From Gekko japonicus (taxonomy: Eukaryota), in assembly GCF_001447785.1 (NCBI RefSeq), contig NW_015164187.1, positions 1,117,127 through 1,181,126 of the forward strand: DNA of 64,000 nucleotides. Direction: 5' to 3'. Below, piece by piece: positions 26,993-38,500 of the stretch; position 1 is the first letter of the stretch, and every line of letters begins with the position of its first letter. A program made the translations under genes and the position numbers. The notes beneath the pieces are model-generated. The model had not been told where the DNA came from and did not search any database. It was given only the letters and a program-made list of their open reading frames with translations.

Positions 26993-27199
26993 GTCCAGTC
27001 AGCTTTACAGTACAGAGGTAGTTATCCTGTTTTTATATGGGATCCAGATGTATTCACTTCAGCTATGAACACTGACCCATTCGTATAGAGGTGAGATGAC
27101 TTTGACAGGAGTAAATTGTTGAGCTCCTCCTAGTTCATTAATCGTTTTTAACTCGTAATCTGTGTGGTTTGCCTCTGAATAGCTGGGTCATAGTCGTTT

Positions 27200-28320
27200 A
27201 TACCATCCGAGGAAGTGAGCTCACAAAAGCTCACCCACAATAATACATCTAATTTGAACATGGACACAGGTACCAGAGTTTGCAATAAACCCAGATGCTG
27301 ACCTTGCTGTCACATACACCCAGACAACACAATCACTGGATCATCTCAGGCTTATTCACTTGCTCATCTTCTAACATTGTATAGGCCATTAAATGCCAAC
27401 AAAGCCCTTTGGTTCTCTACCTAGGGCAAACAGGTCAAGCCCTGCACCAAAGGATAAATGGACACAAATCTGACATCAGGAATCACAAGACTGAGAAACC
27501 TGTAGGAGAACACTTCAGCCTTCTAGGACATTCAGTGGGTGGCCTCAAAATTGCTGTTTTATTGCAAAGGGACTTCAGGAACAGACTAGAAATTACTGAG
27601 TTGCAAGTTATTACAACACTCAGAACAATGGAATCCCCAGGTCTTACAGGGATATTGGTTTATCTCACTACATATGCTAACCTCATTCAGCCCTTATATC
27701 TGTATTCTCACCAATCCCCAGAAGGCCATAGGTTCTCTTTATTTCTTATTTGGAATAATAGACTACTATAGTATATTGTAATATAACATAATGAATAGTA
27801 GAATGTAATGTCATTTGGAATGGTAGAATGGAAAAGGGAGATAACTCTACACAGCCAATCGCCCCATTTCAAAGAGGATGCTGCTGTAAGGTCACCTCCA
27901 TGCTTGAGAGAAGACGATGGAGCATGATGGCACAGTCTCAGTTAATTAACCTCAGCATTCCACAGGTAAGGATATATCTGCTCATCAATCTCCAATTTAT
28001 TTCCTCCACTATGTTTTCCCCCAGAATTAAACCCAAACAAATGGTAGCCATATAAAATAAGCTTGTTGTTCCAGTTTGGTCCTTGCATCTGTTAAACATC
28101 TTCACTATATTGTATGCCAGTTTATTTCTCTCACCCTCTCCCTATATGTATGGGCTGGTCATTTCCATTTCATTGTATCTGAGGAAGTATACCTGCACAT
28201 GAAACCTTATATCTTGAATAAAACTGTGTTGGTCTTAAAGGTGCCACTGGACTCACACTTTGTTCTGGAATTAATGTTGTTAGTCTTTTAAGGTGCCACT
28301 GGACTTCTCTTTTATTTTAG
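27200..28320 (+). mobile_element. Penelope-like retroelement remnant with GIY-YIG endonuclease
   Basis: ORF 27409-27771 reads LYLGQTGQALHQRINGHKSDIRNHKTEKPVGEHFS...LKIAVLLQRDFRNRLE (PLE GIY-YIG). Terminal repeat with CTGAGGA..GAAA and CTTAAAGGTGCCACTGGACT at 28175-28300. Confidence 0.8.
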
Positions 28321-30054
28321 GTCATCCAGTCCTTTAGTCCAGGACTGGATTTAGCTGGGGCATGTATAAGATATTGTCCATTTGCCTTTGAAAAGATTTT
28401 AGGGCGCCTTTTACAAAGTTGATTAGCACCACAAATTCTTGTAGTAGGGCTGGGTTTTTTTCAGATTGCAGCCCCTGATTCTCTGGAAGCAAAATCTCTC
28501 CTGCAGCAGGGGGAAACTACATCTTGAAATACTGATGTTGTACTGTACAGTGCAGGTGCAGAGGCTTATTTTAAGCTATTCAATATGATAGTATATTCTA
28601 GAAGTTTTTGTTCCCCAGCATTTCTTTACCTAAAACAGCAGTGCTCACTTTGTGGCTTGCAAAGAACCATATTCAGAAGTACCATCAACCAAAGCAGCCA
28701 TATAACAACTGTGCCACCCACCCAAAGGTAAGGTATAACTCCTAGTATTAAATATAACTAATCTTTTAAATTAAAAAAAATATTTTCAGGCAATGAGCTT
28801 AAGGCCTCTTTGTATAGTGTAGTATGTTTGATTCAAGGGATGCCGAATATAGCCAGCTGACAGCAGGCTGTGGTCCTGGCACACAAGGAACAAGAAACGG
28901 GGGGGGAAAGGAAGCCCTCCAATTGAAAAGAGTTGGATCATCTAGGCTTCTGCTGTAACTACAGCTTTTATTCAACTTCTGGCTAGAGTACTGCAACACA
29001 TTTTAGGAAGGGCAAAGGAATGCTCAGAATATAGTAACCCCCCATCCTTCATGCCCCACTGCCTAAGAATAGAGTTTCCTCTTCAAATGGGTACATAGAC
29101 TGAATTTCGCAAAGAGACAGTGGAGACAGGAACATTATAACGTGTACAGCCCCACTCTTTCACTGTGTATGTATTTCATTTCAATAAACAGGGGTTAAAA
29201 ACTCAGATCACTTCAAGAGCCACATCTACATATTTATTAACACAGCAACATAGTTCATGAGTTAACTATGGAAAACACTTTTCTGCTTTAAATTTAAGCA
29301 TGTTTCCTTTTACCTATTCTGATACCATTCTTCCTTGCCTTATTCTATAGCACACGTTCTTTCTACCCCATTGCATGACTATGTGCCTACCAGCTCTGCT
29401 AATCTTTTTTCCTCTCCTACATGCTAAAGTATATTTTACTCTTTTCTGTACCACTGCTGCATCTTTTTCTGTTTCCTCTCCCACAGGTATCTTATACTAC
29501 GCCCCCCAGGAATACACTCTTATCTTTCCATCACCAGAGGCCACTTTTATATTAACTCAAGATGACTGCTTTACTACACAAAAGATTTATTGCTTCAATT
29601 TTAACTGATTTTAACCTATTCTCTATTAACATGTCTCTTTATGCTCTATAGTGCACTCTCTCCAAACCCCATTAGTCTCCACCCACCCACAGGTCTCTGC
29701 ACCTCATGTTACCCTTTTTTTCTTTGTACTTCACAGTGCTCTAAACTTTCTCCGCATCCCTCAGCTCCATTACTCCATCTTTCCTAACCCATCATGCTGC
29801 ATCTGTAGTTGGTTTTTCTGTTTCTTTTCCTCCCCCATTTCATTTCGTAAACTTGGTAATAGGTAAGGTTTTCATTCTCCCAGCAATTCATATAGTAAAG
29901 CTGTCTCAAATAGAGGTGGACCACGTAGCTTAGCTAGATAGCAGTAACAGAAAAGCTGGCAGTAATGCCAACATCCCTCTAAACATAGAGAGATAAAAAA
30001 ACAACCCAGGCATATTAATACAGGCATTTTCTCACCCCAATTTTATAGATTCAG

Positions 30055-30180
30055 GTGGGGTAGCCATGTTGGTCTAAGTAGCGGAACAATGTTTGCGTCT
30101 AGGGGCACCTTTAAGAACAACAAAGTTTTATTCATGGTATAAGCTTTTGTGTACAAGCACACTTCTTCAGATACAGTAGA
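30055..30180 (-). mobile_element. Penelope-like terminal repeat carrying a decayed minimal hammerhead motif
   Basis: Reverse complement is homologous to 28175-28262 (GTATCTGAAGAAGTGTGCTTGTACACAAAAGCTTATAC...AATAAAACTTTGTTG..CTTAAAGGTGCC). Confidence 0.7.
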
Positions 30181-31352
30181 ACAGAACCCCCTCAGCCATT
30201 ACTTAAAGGTTGTTGTCAGGAAGGGCCAGTTAGAGTCCAGATGCATGTGCTGGGTGATAATAGCTGAGACAGGATGTAAGAAAGACCTGTGAAAGGCAGT
30301 CAATTAGCATACAAATACAAGAGTTAACAAAGAGATGTCCTCAAATATTACATATAGGTGGGAGGGTTTAGTTGCCAGGAAGAGCTAATTAAAGTCAAGA
30401 TGCCTAAGTAACTGTACAGTAAATGCAGCTCAGATTTGAATAACACATTACCTAATTTATTTATCTATTGCTTGCTTGTACCCAGAATTGAACTTTGTCT
30501 TGCGGGTGATGTACTGGACTTGCCCTCAAGACAAGCAGGGAGTTACTTTGGTGACAACATGATGGTGATCCAGGTCTTAGGCCAGCAGACACCAATACAC
30601 CATTGCTGAAAAATGGCACGTGCACAAAGCTGGATAAGACAAAGGATAGCTTGCAGGACTTAGGTAAGCTTCCTCCCTGAATGTTTTGAAAAAGCAAACC
30701 CTGGCAGCTTATTCCTTCTTTCAATATTCCCAGAGATACTTTTTCTTGTAACAAACCAGATGAAATACCAACCCAAAAAATCCTATACAAATTAAGTAAC
30801 AAGGATGGTACCCTCAGCAGTTTCTTAATCTAGCATTGACTGGTCCGCTGAATCTGCTAGTTAATTTTATAACAATTACCATCAAACAAAGCAACACTGG
30901 GAGGCTTCCAAACAGAAATGCTTGCATTCTCAACATAAATGCCTCTTCCACTAAACAACATATGCTGTCCTACTGAAAATGTGCAACACTGAACTTTTCC
31001 ATTTTCTCTTGAAAGTACAGGAAAGGGTGAAAAAAAATCAGTAATAGCACATTGTGCTGCACCTTCTGAATTCTGGGGACCAGGAAGAAATGCTTTGGAA
31101 TAACAAAATAAAAGAAAAATTTGGGATGGGGGAAGGAAAAGGTGAAATTGTTAAAACAAATTGTGTTTTAGAAGGAAGAAAGAAGTGATCTGGATGGATT
31201 CGTACTAGTATTCCAGAGCTAGTTAGCCTAAACTGACTACTATCATTACCACATAGCAAACATCACTACTAAAAATAAGATATGGGATTTCTCTGAAGGT
31301 GTAAGACTGACCGCTATGGAAGGATTACTTCTGAACATACATATTCAAACCC

Positions 31353-32130
31353 GAGACACAACATGAAAGCTTCCGGTACGGCACAGTGAGCGAGCGGGCA
31401 TTCTTCGGAACTCCCGAATTGCCTGCTCCCCTCTTTGCTCCTTTGATGCTTTCCCGGCTCACCAGGGACATCGCCCAACCTCCCGGAGGGAGGTGGGTTG
31501 CAGGAGGCTTCACTCGGTCACCTCCCGCACCTGGCAAGTGTGGGGGTGAGCCGTTTTTTGCCTCGAAGCAGGAGCGACTGAGGGAAAGAAACATGGCTCC
31601 CATGTTTTTCTTTATCTGTGACCAGCCGTTTTAAAGACTGTTTCGTTTATGGGTTTTTTTCCCCCTTTGATTCGTCTTGCAACAAAAGAAACTTGTGAGT
31701 ACGCAATTGCTCTCTCTACAATCTGTGATGACCTTCATTAAATGACTCCCACAAGATTAGCTCAAACTTTTGAAACGTATAAGCGGCCATGGAAAGGAAC
31801 GGAGCAAGTGATAAGGAAATGGCGTTAATTGGGGGAAAGGAAGAAGACTCAGCAGGAGAAACAATATTAATTAACTTGGAAAACAGTGAACTTGGATATA
31901 TAACCTTGGACCAATTCAAAGAAATTCTATCTAACGAGGTGAAAATATTATTAAGAACCTTCTAAATAAAGACCTAGAATTGGAAAGCAAACAGAAACCA
32001 GAGCTGGAAGAGAAGGAGGAGCCCCCACAATGTCAGCGTTAATGTAATCTTTGGTTGGGTATTTGTTTGTTGGTTTATCTATGTTTGTTTTGTCTTTAAA
32101 ACTCAATAAAGAAATTATTTTTTAAAAAAT
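31353..32130 (+). mobile_element. Short retroposed element with CpG-rich 5' part, short ORF and A-rich tail (L1-type insertion)
   Basis: Flanked by direct repeat ATATTCAAACCC (31341-31352 and 32136-32147); AATAAA at 32105 followed by an A-rich end. Confidence 0.6.
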
Positions 32131-32232
32131 ACAATATATTCAAACCCAAGTTTCTGTCATAATAGGACAGATCTCAGATAGAAAGAAATAGTGAAAATGC
32201 AGAGCTGAAGCAGACAAACCAGCTCCCGAATA

Positions 32233-32238
32233 TTTATT
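32233..32238 (-). terminator. NFS1: Probable NFS1 poly(A) signal
   Basis: AATAAA on the minus strand about 240 nt after the NFS1 stop codon. Confidence 0.55.
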
Positions 32239-32478
32239 ATACTAAGCTTTATCAGCCTCAGTCTCAAAATATAAGTATTATATTCATGTATATCTGCTTG
32301 TGTACAAGTATAATATATATCTGACAAAACTTCATCATAGCTTTAGTTTCCAAGCTCTGTATTTAGACTGTATATTTTAAACCATGAGAAAGTGCCACAT
32401 AATTTTACTCAGGAATGTACATAAAGTATCTGTTTAATACATATTCATGGAGTCCAAAATTACAAGTGGTCTGCTTGC

Positions 32479-32542
32479 TTAATGTTGTGTCCATTTAATG
32501 TTCTTCAAGTCAATTCCATCCTGTACCATTTCCCACAGTGGG
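32479..32542 (-). CDS. NFS1: NFS1 exon 13
   Basis: (S)[20 protein letters not shown]; acceptor ttttacag. Confidence 0.95.
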
Positions 32543-35500
32543 CTGTAAAATAAGACATGAAATCTATTGTCAGTACCTTAGAAATGCAAATAATATTTAA
32601 CAAAACATTTTTATTTATTTAATTAATTATTTAATTGGATTTTTACCCCGCCCTCCCACCGAGGAGGGAAACTGTTGTACAAGGAAGCTTTTATTTATTT
32701 AACCTGGGTTTCCCAGATCCTAGTTCAGCACTATTACCAGTACAGTAAGCTGCCTCTTTTCCAAGCTGTGCAGTATGCATTCACCCCTAACACAGCGCCC
32801 CAACTAAGTGATTTATTGCTACAAATCCTAGTCTCTCAGTGAAATTAAACAGAGGTCCAATGGGACCTTAAAAGACAAAAATAACATTATTCTGGAATAA
32901 GCTTTTCATGTGACAGCTCACTTCAACTCTGGCTCACAAAAACTTATGCTGGGGAAAAAACTGTTAGTCTGTTACACCAAAATCATACAGGAGCCCAGTG
33001 ACATCTTAAAAGAAGTATGAAAATAACTAGATTTATTTAACAAGCCTTCTTTTCTAGACTCTTTATTTAAGAGGAACCTTTTCTTTTTAAAATTTTTTAC
33101 TTTACCTCATCTCCCTTAATCTCTTGACCTGCTGTATGCATTTCTTTACTGTATAATCTAGTTCTTCTTCAGTAGTAAAACGACCAATACCAAACCTAAA
33201 ACAAAGCAAAGATATTTATCAAGTGCAATAGAGTACACAGAAGAGCTTGAAAGTGTAATCTACTACCCTGTTTCCCTGAAAATAAGACCTACCCAAAAAA
33301 TAAGCCCTAGCAGGATTTCTATGCATTTGTGGTATAAGCCCTAGTGTGTCTTCTTGAGAAAAAATAAATATAAGACAGTATCTTATTTTCGGGGAAACAC
33401 GGTACCAGTATTGCTGAAAGAACCAAGTGTAAATGTTCACAAGAATTATGCATCTTGCCTTATGGATGAGTGAGCCAAGTCTTCATCAGTTCCAATTGCA
33501 CGCAATACATATGATGGTTCCAAAGATGCAGATGTGCAAGCACTAATGAGAGATGAGGGGAAAAGCATTTGACACTATTCATCTTTATGTCAACTATGGA
33601 CAAAAAAGCAGACTGCATTACATTAGTAAGCTATTAATATATTCCTTCCACACCTGTATCCTCATTTCATTCCTTGTTTTTTGTAGTGCTACCTTTGAAA
33701 TGCCTTCCATTAATTTTGCAAAAACTTGTTCCGTCTTGCAAATCCTCTTCTATTTTGTTGGGATGTAGTTCTGAGCTTATGCAGTCAGTAAAGCAGCAGA
33801 CAGAACCAATGTTAGGAAAAGAAAAGTGGGAGGAAAAAAATAAGACAATACAAAAATGGGCACAAATATCATGTGTGTGTGTGAGAGAGAGAGAGAGACA
33901 GACAGAAAGGATGTGATTTGTAAGAATTAGCTACCTGGTGAATTCAGCCCTCAACAATAAAGCCTGATTTTTAAATTATAGTTTGTTACATGTCAAAAAA
34001 GGCATTTTAAAAAGTCAAAAATATTAATGAAAAACCTATCTGAGACTGAAGTAAGTAAATTCAGGTTAGAATCCAAAGAGACAATTCTTGATTAGATTAA
34101 TCATAGACTCAAGGCCAGTGATGTTTTAATTTTGCATAATCTGCATTTATTCTGTCTTCAAGAAGCCCAGAGTGGCTTATACAAGGTTTTTCTGTCAATC
34201 CCTTTTCCTCCTGCCCCCCCACAAAGAAAAAGTTACCTTCCAGATGAGAGAGCCACTTCTTTAAGAGCCATCAAAAGGCTTTCCCCTTCCACATAAGCAA
34301 AGGATAAATTGATGCAACCTGCAGAGTTAATAAGAGTCAGCTTAATCAAAGACACAGTTGTACGTCCACACAATGCAATCTTTGTAGGAAAATGGTATCA
34401 CTTGGTAAAATAGTCTTAAATCATTTTTCAGTAACCAGAACCATTTTTTTACAACACCTACAGAAGCTTTACTTAAAGCCCTGACTTTGATAGCCTGGGC
34501 TACCCCAATCTCTTCCCTGCTTAATATTTGGATGGGAGATCACCTTCAATTCTAAGACAACTCTTATTGTACTGATTTATTTTTAGGCCAGTTTTGGAAG
34601 TTTGAGGCTACAAAAGATTACTTTAAAAAAGGAAGATTACTGAACAGCTCAAATTAAACCAATACCGTAGACAAGAGAAACTCGACATTCTGTCCATACC
34701 TGGATAACGATCCACTGGATCTCCATTCATTACCACATCAGGAATTTCTGCCATTATTTTTGTAACTAGTCTCTCAGCTAACAAGCTAATTCGCTTATGG
34801 TCATACTGGGAAAGGAATAAGAAAATAAACAAGATGATTTTTAGCAAGCAGATGAACCTTGATAAACTTATTCAAAACACCATATTACTCATATCCAGTC
34901 AGTTTCCCAGGAAGGCCACGCAGCAGTAACATATTTAAGATTTGTGAACATCATTATTTGCCAAGAAATTTATCAATAAGAATTACTAGGTAAATTTTCA
35001 TAGTACAAGTCAATGCCATGTTAAAACAAGTATTTCTATTCTAAAGCTGACCTGAGAAAAAACATTTGAAAACCATGTTTTGCTATACTATGATTAAGCA
35101 GTTTATAACAGAGCAGTCCTATAACAGGCTTCCTCCAGATCCACTAGCGATTCCTATACTTAAGCAGAAACTGGATATGGCTTCCAATCTCTGGTGTATT
35201 AGCAGAAAGACAGTGTTGCAGCAGCGAGCCACAGAAACCAGGGAAAGTTTTGATTCCCAAGAACTATAAATGATACAAGCTAGAGGCCAGAAAGGAACTC
35301 TAAGCACATGAATATAGCACTACTAATTAAATAAGTTGCTACTTCAAACTTCTCTTAAAATGGTTTTGCCAAGAAAACCCATGTTTTGTTCCTCTGTTCA
35401 AGCAATCTTTGTAGATTATTTGAAAATTAAGAAACAGAATAACTCTGCAGTCTGCTAACACAACCTGGATAATAACCCACCATCATATTAAACTCTAATC

Positions 35501-38500
35501 CCTACAGGTATAGTACTCTCTTCCAGACTTGCTGCTATGAGAGTTCATTAGTAGCGTTAGCGTATGATGGATAAAGAACACGATAAAATAAAAGATGACC
35601 TTCAGATCTGGGAAAGTTACACAAATAAATCAAAGTGCACCTTTTACCTCCATCTCTTGTTGTGCCAGTTCACAAGCTGCTCCAAAGCCCACTACAAGAG
35701 GAGTTGGCACAGTTCCAGAACGCAATCCTCGCTCCTGACCTCCCCCACTCTGTAGGGGTTCCACTCTCACCCTTGGCCGACGCCGAATATAAATTGCACC
35801 AACCCCTTTTGGGGAAAAAACAATAGTTCTTGCTCAGTTCAAATATGGAAGGAGTATTGTTTATATGTATTGCTGTAACCTGCCCTGAGCATGTTGTGCG
35901 GGGGAGGGAAGGCTAGAAGTCAAATAAGTAAATATTTCAGTTTTCAGTAAAAAAAATTCTCCTATAGGATTTTTTTTAACCAAGATCCTTAGTTATGAGA
36001 AGAAAAATCACAAATGCCATTTTAAACGTTAAAACTTCCAATTTACAATTACAATACCAGCAATGGTCTCCCAGAGACTGAATTTTTCCCTCATCTCTTC
36101 TTTAAAATTGATAAATAGGGCTACAGTGCTTGACAGCTATTCCTTATATGCTGGAATGAAACAGTAAACTAAAATATTACTTGCTCCAGAACAGAGGAAG
36201 GTTCTGGGAGATATATTCTCTTCAACATTATTTCACTCAAGAAAATCAAAAATAACTGTCTGGCACTCTGGCGCTAAACATAATTGCACCAGTCCATAAA
36301 GCTATGCACCTGGCTATATCCATAGTAGATCAGTGGCTTAAACATGCCTCACTCTGTGCTGGGCTATGGCTCTGGTGCCCTTTTCAGTAGTTTTTCCAAA
36401 AGCTGCTATGTAGTGTAAAGCTATGTGGTTAGGCATAAATCATGAATATATCTAATTCTCAACATGGCCCTTTCTATGAATATTTACAAATCTGGAGCCA
36501 TGAACAGACTACACAGTTCTTTCTACAAACCTGAGAAAACCCCAGGTTTACAGAAAAATCTGAGATATAAAAACAAAACCAACAAAAAAAACATTGGGGG
36601 TTAAATCCCCCCATAACAGAATGTCTGTACACTTTAAGAAAAGAGATCTGTGGTTATTGTGGGAGTTGCTAGGTGTGATGGACTGCACTTTTTAAACGCT
36701 TAGAAGTGTTGTACAAACTGCTGGAGGACTGTGAAGGGTTAATTCTTCACAGAAACAGAGAGCCTTGAGTGACAGCCTGCTCCAAGCAAAGAGGGAACTA
36801 GATAAGCATGTGGAGCAGAAGTCCATCAGTGGCTATTAGCCACAAGGTATAGATAGGGACTTTGGGGGAAGTGATGCTCTGTATTCTTGGTGCTTGGGAG
36901 GGTCAATAGTGGGAGGGCTCCTTGTGTCTGGACCTCCCACTGCTGGACCTCCTGATGGCACCTGGTATTTTTGGCCACTGCGTGACAGTGTTGGACTGGA
37001 TGGGCCATTGGCCTGATCCAACATTGGCTTCTCTTATGTTCTTCATACTCCTTGGCCCCCTCTAGGCCACCCACTTGCCAGCTCATAAGAACATAAGAGC
37101 CGCCAATGTTGGATCAGGCCAAAGGCCCATCCAGTCCAACACTCTGTATCACACAGTGGCCAGAAATACCAGTGCCATCAGGAGGTCCACCAGTGGGGCC
37201 AGGACATTAGAAGCCCTCCCACTGTTGACCCCCCCCAAGCACCAAGAAGACAGAGCATCACTTGCCCCAGAGCCCCTATCTATACCTTGTGGCTAATAGC
37301 TACTGATGGACCTCTGCTCCATATACTTATCTAATTCCCTTTTGAAGCCATCCATGCTTGTAGCTGCCACCACTTCCTGTGGCAGTGAATCCCATGTGTT
37401 AATCACTCTTTGGGTGAAGAAGTACTTCCTTTTATCCATTCTAACCCGACCGCTCAGCAATTTCATTGAGTGCCCACGAGTTCTTGTATTGTGAGAAAGG
37501 GAGAAAAGTACCTCTTTCTCTACCTGCTCTATCCCATGCATAATCTTATAAACCTCAATCATGTCACCCCTCAGTCGTCGTTTCTCCAAGCTAAAGAGCC
37601 CTAAGCGCTTTAACCTTTCCTCATAGGTAACGTGTTCCAGCCCTTTTATCATTCAAGTTGCCCTTTTCTGCACTTTTTCCAAAGCTATAATATCCTTTTT
37701 AAGGTGTGGTGACCAAAACTGCACACAGTATTCCAAATGAGGTCGCACCATTGATTTATATAGGGGCATTATGATATTGGATGATCTGTTTTCAATACCC
37801 TTCCTAATAATCCCCAGCATAGCATTGGCCTTTTTTATTGCAGTCACACACTGTCCCGACATTTTCAGTGAGTTATCTACTACAACTCCAAGATCTCTGT
37901 CTTGATCAGTCTCTGCCAGTTCAGACCCCATCAATGTGTATTTATATTTAGGATTTTTGGCTCCAATGTGCATCACCTTGCACTTGGCCACATTGAACCC
38001 CATTGAGCTCATCTGCCTGCCTGAAAAAAACTGCTGCCTTCACCTGCCTGCCTCACATGGGGGAAGGCACCTCCTGCACCCACCCTCTCTCTCTTGCCTG
38101 CAGCGCCTCCGATTGCCTGGCTCACGCAATGGCAGCTTCCACTTCCACTACTCCATGCTCTTGACCAGGCTAAGCCAAGTGCAGCCCTCCATTGGCTGCC
38201 TTCATTTGAGGAAGATGGATAATGCCCCATCTGGAGGTCTGCATCCTATGTTTGAGGTTCCCCCAGGGCTGCCCTGCAAGGAGACAATCAGCTTGTTGTT
38301 GGCTAGCCTCATATCAGTAAGTCCGTGGTCAGCGGGACAGGACTACACTCTCTGTGCTTGTGCAGATAATTATTCTCCATTTTAGGTATTATTATACCCC
38401 CCCCTTAAAGTTTGGGATTTTTCTACAAACTTGGATCTCCCTCAAGGTTTATAGAAAGATCTATCTTCTGCATACATGGCCTCAATCTTTGGATCTACCA

